Assembly: GCF_004010195.1 (NCBI RefSeq)
Contig: NC_057728.1
Coordinates: forward strand, 51,046,048 to 51,071,073
Source of the DNA: Chiloscyllium plagiosum
Lineage: Eukaryota
Length of the DNA stretch: 25,026 bases
Reading direction: 5' to 3'
The translations under genes were made by a program, and so were the position numbers. The notes beneath the pieces are model-generated. The model was not told the DNA's origin, made no database searches, and worked only from the letters and a program-made list of their open reading frames with translations. Below are positions 11,857 through 21,249 of this stretch, piece after piece. How positions within the stretch are numbered: the stretch's first letter is position 1; the number at the start of each line of letters is the position of its first letter.

Positions 11857-12180
11857 GATTGATTAGATAGATAGATTCCCTACAGTGTGGAAACCTTCGG
11901 CCCAACAAGTCCACACCGACCCTCCGAAGAGCAACCCACCCAGACCCATTCCCCTACATTTACCCCTGGTTAATGCACCTAATGCTACGGGCAATTTAGC
12001 ATGGCCAATTCACCTGATCTGCACATCTTTGGACTGTGGGAGGAAACCGGAGCACCTGGAGGAAATTCACGCAGACATGGGGAGAATGTGCAAACTCCAC
12101 ACAGTTGCCCAAGGCGGGAATTGAACCCGGGTTCCTGGCGTTGTGAGGCAACAGTGCTAACCATTGAGCCACCGTGCCGC
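11857..12180 (-). mobile_element. HE1-type SINE, near full length
   Basis: Reverse strand begins gcggcacggtggctcaatggttagcactgttgcctcac, has B box gggttcaattcc and the V-domain, and ends in a (tcta/aatc)n tail. Confidence 0.92.
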
Positions 12181-12750
12181 TCATCTCTACATCAGGGCGA
12201 TAGGATGCCAATTTGCGAAGCATTTCAGTGACTATCTCTGGGACACATTCACCAAACAATGTGGCCGATCATTTCAACTCCCTCTCCCATTCCCCCAAGG
12301 TCATGTAAGTCCTGGGCCTCCTCCACCACCAAATACAAGCCACCTGACAACTGGAGGAAGAACGCCTTATCTTCTGCCTTGGGATCCTCCAACCACACGG
12401 GATCAACATGGACTTCACTAGTTTCCTAATCTCCCCTCCCCCCATCTCATCCCATCTCATCCCAGGTCCAACCCTCTAACTTAGCACCACCCTCTCGATC
12501 TGTCCCATCTTCCTTTCCACATATTTGCTCCACCCTCCCTACCGACCTATCACAATTACCCATACCTGCATCCACCTATTGCCTTCCCACCTACCTTGCT
12601 TCCAGCCCCTCCCCTCACCCCACCCACCTATTAGTTTCCCAGCCCCACCCCTCAACATTCCTGATGATGGGCTCTTGCCCGAAACGTCGACTCTCCTGCT
12701 CCTCGGATGCTGTGTGACCTGATGTGCTTTTCCAACACCACCTTTTCAAC
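12181..12750 (+). mobile_element. Penelope-like element 3' fragment: GIY-YIG remnant, C-rich tract, terminal repeat
   Basis: Frameshifted LYIRAIGCQFAKHFSDYLWDT...HFNS...LEEERLIFCLGILQPHGINMDF, matching the PLE endonuclease C-terminus (LYIGETxRxLxxRFxEH...HFN...LxPxGxN). Confidence 0.85.
12658..12691 (+). ncRNA. Minimal hammerhead ribozyme motif in PLE terminal repeat
   Basis: uuc-CUGAUGA-U-GGGC-UCUU-GCCC-GAAAC-GUC-ga. Core intact, but stem I is only about 2 bp. Confidence 0.6.
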
Positions 12751-13469
12751 TAGGCTGGAATTGTACTGAGCTTTGCTGGGACTGAGCCTGTACTGAACTA
12801 TACTGGTCTAATGTTACTGAGATGGGGAAGTGAAAGGCATAGATACATTGGAAACACTGCACAGTCCCTTTCCCCAGAACTGCAAGTACCGGTGACTGTG
12901 AATCAGTTTTGTGAAGCTGTGTCTGAAATCTGGGGGGAAATGCACCTTTTGCCTTTGTTTGGAGGTGGGCTGTTTCATGGAAGGAATTAACCTGGGATCT
13001 GCTCTCTGGATGCTGGTTTAGTGCAGTTTTTGATTGTTACCTGTTTTTACTAAATGCGGTAAGAACTAGATTCATAACTTCAGAATGAAACTGGATGGGT
13101 TTCAAGAGATGCACTGGAAAACTTTGAAAAATGTTTGGGCTGAATTTTATTTGTGGAATGATTTTCCTTGCTCTGGATGCACATGTGAATTTCGTTCAGA
13201 TATTGTAAATCCTGGAGTGGGGCCAGTGATACTTTTTGTGTTTCCTTGCGAGGTATGTGGCAGGGATTGGAATATCTCCGTGTGTTTACAGACAAGACGT
13301 TTCTGCATTTGCCCTGTCCCTGTCCCTGAAATGGGTATGGGTGCACACAGTTAGTTTGTGAGTGATCAGACTTTTATTCCTTGCTTGAAGTGACAAAAAA
13401 AAAATCTGAAGTTGACCTGAGTTAGTCAAGAATTTGGTTTAAAGAGAAATCTCCAGGAAGTGTTCCACG

Positions 13470-14377
13470 CCGTAGTTGAGGGTATGTTCGCTGAGCTGGG
13501 AAGTTGATTGGCAGACATTTTGTCCCCTGTCTCGGTGACATCTTCAGTGCTTTGGAGCCTCCTGTGAAGAGCTGCTGTACTGTGTCTTCTGGAATTTATT
13601 TGGTTCCGTTCCTGCTTCTTCCGGTTGCTTGTTCTGCTAGTTTATTGTGGTGGCCGATATATTGGGTCTAGGTCTATGTGCTTGTTGATGGAGTCCGTGG
13701 ATGAGTGCCATGCTTCTAGAAATCCTCTGACTGTCCCCTGTTTGGGCTTGTCCTATGGTCATTGTGTTGTCCCAGTTGAATTTATGGTGCTTGTCATCTG
13801 TTTGTGGCCACTTAGGGACAGCTGGTCATGGCGTTTTGTGACTAGTTGGTGTTTGTGCGTGACTAATGAGTTAAGTTGTGGCATATCCTCATCATGTAAT
13901 TTGTCTGTTAGGCATCTGTGGATGTAGTCACTAGCCACGCCACTTTACATAAAAAATATCTTGGAGCTGACAGCCAGACTTTTTCGACCACTGGGAACGA
14001 TGACAGCCCATAAACCAACAGCCAAGCTCAGACAACTCACCAGGACAAAAGACCCTGTACCCATCATGTGGAAGGCGAATGTAATTTACCAAGATTCCAT
14101 GCAAAGACTGCATGCAACCCTATATAGGATAAACAGGCAGACAACACAATGATTATAAGATAAGCAAAACAATACACACAGAGCATTTTCTAGAAGCACG
14201 GCACTCATCCACAGACTCCAAAACAAGCGCATAGACCTAGACCCAATATACCGGCCACAAGAATGAACTACCGGAACCGGCAACTGGAAGCAGCAGCAAT
14301 GGAACCAAATAAATTCCAGAAGAAACAGCACAGCACCACTTCACAGGAGGCTCCAAAGCACTGGAGATGTTACCGAG
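13470..14377. mobile_element. Penelope-like element, two head-to-head inverted 3' segments (minus ~13470-13925, plus ~13928-14377)
   Basis: Plus arm encodes YIKNILELTARLFRPLG..AHKP..TKDPVP..NVIY/KIPCKDC..YIG*TGR (GIY-YIG) and FLEAxHS...HIDLDPIY-like sequence. About 13531-13770 is an imperfect reverse complement of about 14140-14377. Confidence 0.88.
13511..13550 (-). ncRNA. Decayed hammerhead motif in PLE terminal repeat
   Basis: GCA-CUGAAGA-U-GUCACC-GAGACA-GGGGAC-AAAAU-GUC-UGC with stem I GCA/UGC. GAAAC has become AAAAU, consistent with CpG decay, so it is probably inactive. Confidence 0.55.
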
Positions 14378-14378
14378 A

Positions 14379-14602
14379 GGAGTTTGCACATTCTCCCCGT
14401 GTCTGCGTGGGTTTCCTCCGGGTGCTCCGGTTTCCTCCCACAGTCCAAAGATGTGCAGGTCAGGTGAATTGGCCATGCTAAATTGCCCGTAGTGTTAGGT
14501 AAGGGGTAAATGTAGGGGCATGGGTGGGTTGCGCTTCGGCGGGGCGGTGTGGACTTGTTGGGCCGAAGGGCCTGTTTCCACACTGTAAGTAATCTAATTT
14601 AA
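14379..14602 (+). mobile_element. 5'-truncated HE1-type SINE
   Basis: ggagtttgcacattctccccgtgtctgcgtgggtttcctccgggtgctccgg...gggcctgtttccacactgtaagtaatctaa. Confidence 0.92.
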
Positions 14603-14671
14603 ACCTTTACACAAACCTTGAGCTGTTCCATGCATTGGCTGTTCTGACTTGAGCAACTGAACATATCGTGG

Positions 14672-14786
14672 ATGATGGGAACCTGAAACAAACACAAAGT
14701 GCTGGTGAAACTCAGCAGGTCTGACAGCATCTGTGGAGAGAGAAAACAATTAACGTTTTGAGTCCAGTCTGACTTCTTCAGAACTG
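14672..14786 (-). mobile_element. PLE terminal repeat with decayed hammerhead motif (another family)
   Basis: Reverse strand: gtt-CTGAAGA-agtc-agactg-gactc-aAAAC-GTT-aat...ctctccacagatgctgtcagacctgctgagtttcaccagcac. Confidence 0.65.
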
Positions 14787-14787
14787 C

Positions 14788-15900
14788 GATTTGATTTGAT
14801 ATATTATAGTCACATGTACTGAGAAACAGTGAAAAGTATTGCTTTGTGTGCTATTCAGGCAAATCTTACCTTACATAAGTACATCTGGGTATTAGAACAA
14901 AATGCAGAATAGAGTATTACAGCTACAGAGAAAGATCAATTTCAGTATGAGAGGCCTGTACAAAAGTCTGATTTCAGTGGGGAGGAAGCTGTTCTTGAAT
15001 CTGTTTATACATGCTGTTAGACTTTTGTAGCTTCTGCCCGTTGGTGAGGGTGGAAGAGAGTATGACTAGGATGGGATTATGTTGGCTGATTTCCTGAGAC
15101 TATAGACGGAGTTGATGGAAGGAAGGCTGGTTTTCATGATGGACTGGGCTGAGTTCACCACACTGTCATTCCTTGGGATCCTGAGCAGAGCAGTTGCCAT
15201 ACCACACTGTGATGCATCCGGGTAGGATACTTTCTGTGGTGCATCTATAAATATTGGTGAGAGTCAGAGTCAGAGATGTACTGCATGGAAACAGACCCTT
15301 CAGTCCAACCCATCCATACCAACCAGATATCCTAACCCAATCTAGTCCCACCTGCCAGCACTCAGCCTATATCCTTCCAAACCCTTCCTATTCATATACC
15401 CATTCAGTGCCTTTTAAATGTTGCAATTGTACCAGCCTCCACCACTTCCTCTGGCAGCACATTCTATACATGCACCATTCTCTGTGTGAAAAAGTTGCCC
15501 CTTAGATCCTTTTTATATCTTTCCCCTCTCACCCTAAACCTATGCCCTCTAGTTCTGGACTCCCCTTACCCAGGGAAAAGACTTTGTCTATTTATCCTAT
15601 CCATGGCCCTTATGATTTTATAAATCTCTATAAGGTCACCCCTCAACCTCCGACGCTCCAGGGAAAACAGCCCCAGCCCATTCAGCCTCTCCCTGTAGCT
15701 CAAACCCTCCAACCCTGGCAACATCCTTGTAAATCTTTTCCGAACCCTTTCAAGTTTCACAACATCCTTCCAATAGGAAGGAGACCAGAATTGCATGTAG
15801 TGCCGTATTCCAAAGGTGACTGAACCAATCACTGCGGCCACGCTGAATTTCCTTTGCCTTTGAGGGTGTAGAGGGATCTGTGTGCTTTCTTCACCGTGTG
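14788..15900 (-). mobile_element. Rex1/Babar-type LINE 3' fragment interrupted by CR1 at ~15259-15800
   Basis: NIYRCTTESILPGCITVWYGNCSAQD (15166-15258), and an upstream remnant resembling KKAxQRLYxLRRLRKF at 15843-15900. Confidence 0.8.
15259..15800 (-). mobile_element. CR1/HER1-type LINE 3' fragment
   Basis: YMQFWSPSYWKDVVKLERVRKRFTRMLPGLEGLSYRERLNGLGLFSLERRRLRGDLIEIYKI, closely similar to 1087-1815. Confidence 0.92.
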
Positions 15901-16664
15901 TGCCATTTAAAACAAATTGGACAATCTGTATGCCTTCAATTATTCTCCAATTAATTGCCCTGCCATCAATGTGGTTTGCTTGAAATTACTCAAATGCAAC
16001 CCCATAATTTTAATATTCTCAGTTCATAGTCGGTGTTAGGTTAAAGTTTGTCCCAGAGCAGTGTGTAAGTTCGTAACTGGCATATTAGCAGTCCCTTCTC
16101 TCAGTTGACAGAATATTATCACACGTTTGCAGTCCTTATTTTCTCTGGGAGCTGAGTGCTGCTGGGCAGTAACAGGACAGTTAGAGAGAAGATTAAACTG
16201 TTCGTCCCTGGAGAGTTCTTTCGCTGATTGGATAGCCGAGCAGAGAGTGGGTGTGCTTGAGACAGGGGTGGAGGTTTGTCGTGGTTGGGTCAGTGTTAGA
16301 TCCGAGAGGATCTGAGCTCCGGTAGCAACTGCTGGTAATTTAACAGCAGTGCAGCAATGAGAGAGAGAGAAAGCTTGGACAGCTGATCGCTGAGTAAAGA
16401 GGTTGAAGGAACATGTGAGCGGTGAACAGAGCCCCTGAAGAGCTGCAGCGGTTGAAATACACAGTGCAGGAGACCCGGGAGCATGAGGAGGGGAAGCCAC
16501 TGTAAAGTTTAAACAGGGGCCAGCAGGAATTCCAGCATCTAGCAAATGTGTGCTTCGAATAGCTTGATCATGTGGCGTTGCAGGAGCTGCTGATTGTTGA
16601 GAGCGTGGATTGGAAGCTCCCAGTACATAGAGAGATAAGAGATTACCCCCCTCCCCCGTGCGTG

Positions 16665-16696
<32 letters not shown>

Positions 16697-17040
16697 GCTC
16701 TCTGACTGACCTCCAGTTTATCCTGCGCTTGTGTCCCTTCATCCTGTGCCGAGCACCGAGACATGTTTGACACTGAATGTGAGATCTGGGAAGAGGGAGA
16801 ATATGGAGAAATCAAGTAGTGAGGAGTTTTCAATCCACCGGAGCCCCTCTGTGGAGAGCAGAGACTCGGAGGTTGGAAAAGCCTCCACGTCTGGACAGCA
16901 GTTTGGTCGTGGATTTACGGCTGGGGCTTTCTATGGCAACTCCGGCAGCCGCAGCAAGGAGCCAGCGGGACCCGGTGTCAACAGGGACAGATACACCGCC
17001 CCTAAAGGCAGCAAGTATGTGGTGTTTTACCTCGACCTGT
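15900..17040 (+). promoter_or_regulatory. Repeat-free island, candidate internal promoter/5'UTR of TSPAN9
   Basis: No recognisable TE despite TE-saturated flanks. About 13 CpGs counted in 16731-17040, AGATAA motif near 16633, and a (TC)n(CA)n tract. Confidence 0.4.
16665..16695. repeat. Compound (TC)n(CA)n microsatellite
   Basis: tctctctctc followed directly by about 11 CA units. Confidence 0.95.
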
Positions 17041-17138
17041 CCTTTGTTTTTCTCCTAGAATTCCAAAAGTGCAACATGGCAAGAGGCTGTTTGTGTTGTC
17101 TGAAGTACTTGATGTTTCTTTTCAACCTGATCTTTTGG
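16803..17138 (+). CDS. TSPAN9: Putative long-isoform first coding exon of TSPAN9 (91-aa N-terminal extension MEKSSSEEFSIHRSPSVES...YVVFYLDLSFVFLLEFQKCN)
   Basis: ATG 16803 has A at -3 and G at +4. The frame is open for 91 codons into ATG 17076, crossing the acceptor site. The region is repeat-free and CpG-retaining. Confidence 0.6.
17076..17138 (+). CDS. TSPAN9: Tetraspanin-9, first canonical coding exon (exon 17059-17138: 17 nt UTR + 63 nt CDS); remaining exons lie outside the window
   Basis: Translates MARGCLCCLKYLMFLFNLIFW, near-identical to the vertebrate TSPAN9 N-terminus as I recall it (MARGCLCCLKYMMFLFNLIFW). Polypyrimidine tract plus AG at 17057-17058, Kozak aacATGG, and phase-0 donor TGG|gtaagt at 17139. 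Confidence 0.93.
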
Positions 17139-17319
17139 GTAAGTGATTGATTTCTTTCTTTGAGCGTTGATTGTTTAATTGAAATGTCACTTGGTCGTGA
17201 GAAACACAACTGAACTCGGTCGTCCCCATAGAGCCTAATATTAAAGTTAGCTGCCATCAGTCATGATCCGGTGCTCAGTGTAACTTAAGTCTTGGATTTG
17301 GCAGAGAGGTCTCCTCACT

Positions 17320-18250
17320 TACATAAGAACATAGGAGCAGGACGCGTCCTTTCGGCCCATCGGTTCTTCTCTGCTGTTTAACGCAGTCCTGATTTATCTC
17401 CTCTCTTTACCCCATGTCCCTGTCCCATTCCTGTATCTTCTCTGCCCTCTCTGATGTTCAAAGATCACTCTGAATATGCTCAAAGCCTGAAGCATCCACT
17501 GCTGTCTATCTGGGAGGCCCGAAGATTGGAATAAATTTCTCCACATCTTAACCGACCAACCCCTCTGTCAAGGGAAACATTTTCTCAGTATCCACTCTAA
17601 GAGGGTAATAAAAACAGAAGTAGCTGGAGAAGCTCGGCAGATCTGGCAGCATGTGTGGAGAGAGAAGTTAGCATTTAGTGTCCAACATGACTGTCAGACT
17701 GGAAACTGAGTTTCTCCAGCACTTAGTTTTCTTTTAATTCCAGCATCCCAGTATTTTGCTTTTATCCCATTTAAGAGGCTTATGTGTTTCAAGGCAATCA
17801 TCTCTCTGTTTTTCTAAGCTCCTGGAAGTATTGTCCTATTCTGCTCAATATTTCCACATAGGGCACTGTCCAAATCCCAGGATCCAGTCTGGCTTATGCT
17901 AAAGGTGCCCCCGAAAGACAATTATATTACTCCTTTACTGTACTCCAGCTGTGGTCTCGCCATGTCTCTATGTAATTGGAATTAAATTTCATTTGTACAC
18001 TCCAACTCTTTCTCTTCGAGGCTACAGTGCCTTTTGCTATCCCAATTCTTGCCCATCTCTTAATTTTCTGTGACTTGTGTGCAAGGGTATATAGGTCCCT
18101 CTGAATAGCACGATTACTCAGTCTCTCACCAATTTAGAAAAAAAGTTCTATTTTTCCTTCCAAATTGGATGCCTTCACATATCTCCACATTGTGTTCTGT
18201 CCACCACACTCTTACTCCTACACAAGCTGTCAGTACCTCACTGCTTACTG
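17320..18250 (-). mobile_element. Old CR1 fragments, with a decayed inverted PLE mini-element at ~17606-17762
   Basis: acataagaacataggagcagg tail and CR1 body remnants. The insert has gctggagaagctc...gagtttctccagc arms, flanked by tatccactctaagagg / tatcccatttaagagg. Confidence 0.6.
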
Positions 18251-18914
18251 GCCCATTTAACATAGCATCGTCAGCAACCTTTGGATGTCTTACACTCAGA
18301 GCTGTTGTCTGAAACTGACATTCTCTGCCCTGTGAAAGCAGTGTAGAGCAATCCTGGGTGTGCACTGCATTAAAAATGGCTTTGTGGCTCCAAGTGAGGC
18401 TGGCGGGCAGATTACTGTGTGAAACGAGTTAAGGGTTATCACCATATCCGATGAGGAGTCTGTGCAGTTTGCAGCATTTAACACAGTGAAAAGTACCAAT
18501 TAAGTAACCCATAATACTCCAGGAATATAACTGGGGATTAAGGTTGGTGTGGTTCTGACCTATCCTGCTCCCCTTCAGCATTTAATACAATTTCTTTAAG
18601 CATCAGTGCTTGTTAGATCAGTCATAGCAGAGCTAGATAGTACTGCCTCATCAATGTAATCTGCTGGGATGCACAATCAACTGTAGAACTTTGGCAGTAA
18701 AGCCCATTGCATGTTCACTGGTCCAGGATTAGATGCAGCGTGTTCCTATTTTACTGCACCTCCAGTGTTTCTTTTTTTGCGAGTGAAACGTCCGTAATAA
18801 TTATTCAAAAAGATGGTTTGAGAACGTGGTGCAAATTGGAAATTCATCTTCCGTTCTTGCCAATTTATCAATGTGTCGACACTCCAAGCATTTGAAACTC
18901 CATTGTTGATTCTT

Positions 18915-19240
18915 AATGAGACACACAAGATCCTAAGGGGATTTGATATGGTGAATGCCGGGAGGATGTTCCCTTGTGAGGGAGTCTGGAACTAGGGGGC
19001 AGAATTTAAAAATCGGAGGTCTCCCATTTAATATTGAGATGAGGAAGAATTGGTTAATGGTCATTACTCTGTGGAATTCTCTTCCCCAGAGGCTGATTAT
19101 TGAATATATTCAAAGCTGAGTTAGACGAATGTTTGATTGACAAGCAAGTCACATTATGGGAAGAAAAGACAGAAAGTGAAGTTGACTGGAGACAACAAGA
19201 AGGGCTGAATAGCCTCTTCTGCTTTGATTGCATTCTGAGT
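18915..19240 (+). mobile_element. CR1 3' fragment
   Basis: aagatcctaaggggatttgat...ctgtggaattctcttccccagaggct...gggctgaatagcct. Confidence 0.75.
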
Positions 19241-19748
19241 ATTCCATTACTGCTTTGATGCAATCAGTCCTTTTTAGCTTGTAGAACTTTTACTAAGAGA
19301 TGGCAGTATTCCAGTGTCCTCATGGTAATTAATCCGTTGCTACTGTCCTAGTGCAGCATACAGTATTCTGTACTGTTAGGATCTGGTGTCACTTGGTACA
19401 GAATACAGTACAGTGCACTGGGTATATATTTTTCCTTTTAGGGTTGGTCATGTTGAATCATGTGTTATTCACCAGTGGTATATTTATCCACTTGGAGATT
19501 AACTGTCGCTGAGCTGCCATCACAGCAGTCCCCTGCTTCCTTGGTCACTTTGTCCTAATCTGTCTGTCTGGCTTCCTATGAAATGTACATTTGCATTGAT
19601 CTGGATATATGATAATCGGACAAGAGGTCAGCTGATGTGTTGTGGTTTACAAAGATAGGAGAAAGGGGATAGTTTCAGATTGCAAGAAGGTATTGTTAAT
19701 AGGGACACTGCAAGCAGACTTTGTTAGCAAAGGCAGAATAGTTAATCA

Positions 19749-20001
19749 GGTATCAGAGACCTTATTTTTCTGTTCTTTTTATATGCGGTTTAGTCCATGC
19801 ATGGGCACCATTTAAGCCTGTGTGTTAATATTCCTGAGTTTCTGCATAATATTTCTCCATTTGCTACTGGTATCAGAGACCTTATTTTTCTGTTCCTTTT
19901 ATATGCGGTTTAGTCCATGCATGGGCACCATTTAAGCCTGAGTGTGTATTGTGTGTGTTAATATTCCTGAGTTTCTGCATAATATTTCTCCATTTGCTAC
20001 T
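19749..20001. repeat. Direct tandem duplication (120 bp + 133 bp)
   Basis: 19749-19868 is repeated at 19869-20001 with one substitution and a 13-nt indel. Confidence 0.95.
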
Positions 20002-20283
20002 GTCAGTGTATCTCCATTGCATCTCTGCCATTTTATATAATTTTGTTATTTGCTGATGGGTTTTTTTTCAATCTGCAACAGCAACAAACAGGCGTGTAGA
20101 GGTTACTGTGACTGCACATTTCATAATGGAACCAGAATGACCGACTGTCCCAGAAGCTCACACCCGATCTTGGGTTTCTCGTTTACCTCAGCAGGGTTTA
20201 GGATGAGACCATAAGATGCAAAACTATAAAGTATAGGAGCAGAAGTTGTCCATTCGGCACATAAAGTCTACCCCACCATTCAA

Positions 20284-20468
20284 AGTCCAATGATGTGTAG
20301 GTTGGGTGGATTGGCCATGCTAAATTGCCCTGTAGTTGAGGCTAGGTGGATTAGCCATGGGAAATGGAGAGGTTACGGAGATAGGGTGGGATGCTTTTCG
20401 GAGGGTCAGTGCAGACTAGATGGGCCAAACGGCCTCTATCTGCATTGTAGGGAGTCTGTGATTCTGTG
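20284..20468 (+). mobile_element. HE1 SINE 3' half inserted in a minus-strand CR1 tail (~20210-20520)
   Basis: agtccaatgatgtgtaggttgggtggattggccatgctaaattgcc...gggccaaacggcctc, similar to 8765-8950. Confidence 0.8.
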
Positions 20469-21249
20469 AGATCACTGCTGATCTGATAATCCTCAATTCT
20501 GCCTTATCCCCATAATCTTAACCCATTCGTGAATCTGGTTCAATAAGCGTTAATGCCGATGCAGAGCAGTAATTTATCATAGAACGACCCAGCACATTCA
20601 GACCATCATTCCTGTGCTGGTTCTATGAGCATGCTATTCGATACGTGGCTCTCTTTGCCGAACCCTGCAAATTCTTCTTTCATGTGTTTTCAATTCCCTT
20701 TTGAAGGTTATTATTCAATCTGCTGCTACAGTCTGTGCATTCCAGATCACGACAGCAACCATTATTCATACACAGCCTCTTAACATTGCTTAGACATTTT
20801 GTTTTAACCAATTCGCAGAAGGGTTATCGAACAGAATATGTGTAAACTGATGTAAGGACAGGTGACCAAAAGCTCGATGGTTGAACAGGATTTGCTGCGG
20901 ATTATGCAATGAATGGCTCCGTCATTCTATAAAAATCCTTTTTTTTTTCTCCACGTCACCTCTTTAGCCAATTACCTTGATTCCGGGTGCTACTGTCATC
21001 GGCCATTCTAACAGTGGAAATGGCTTTTCTCAATTTACTTTATCTGTACCAGTCAAGGTGTTGAACAACTCAATGAAATCTCCCCTGCTCCAAAGACGAA
21101 AACTGCAGACTCTTCATTTCTGTACCTGCAACTAAAGTTCCTCACCTCTGCCTTTCCAATAAATCTCACTCTTGTGCCCTTTCCAATGGCATGCCAGCCT
21201 TCAAAAGTGTGGAATTGAATACAATACTCCAACTGGGCCTTCACCACCT

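Larger units (their letters stand above)
10783..12822. repeat. Foldback-like element: inverted arms with ~40-nt tandem subunits around a 750-bp spacer; right arm split by HE1 and Penelope insertions
   Basis: 10815-10897 is the reverse complement of 11648-11730 (80/83 by eye). The subunit gagactgtactgagctatactggtctaatgttact recurs at 11690-11845 and 12760-12822. Confidence 0.75.

Noticed and set aside
16633..16645. GATA motif as evidence of a thrombocyte-specific promoter
   Set aside because: A single 6-bp motif is expected by chance and cannot be supported without conservation or chromatin data.
16731..16802. ORF-track start at GTG 16731 for the TSPAN9 extension
   Set aside because: Non-ATG start called by the ORF finder; ATG 16803 in strong context is the better-supported start.
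16036..16833. 265-aa minus-strand ORF, the longest in the window
   Set aside because: Reads through a microsatellite (CVCVCVCERE), has no recognisable domain and is antisense to the TSPAN9 5' region. Most likely a chance ORF in GC-richer DNA.
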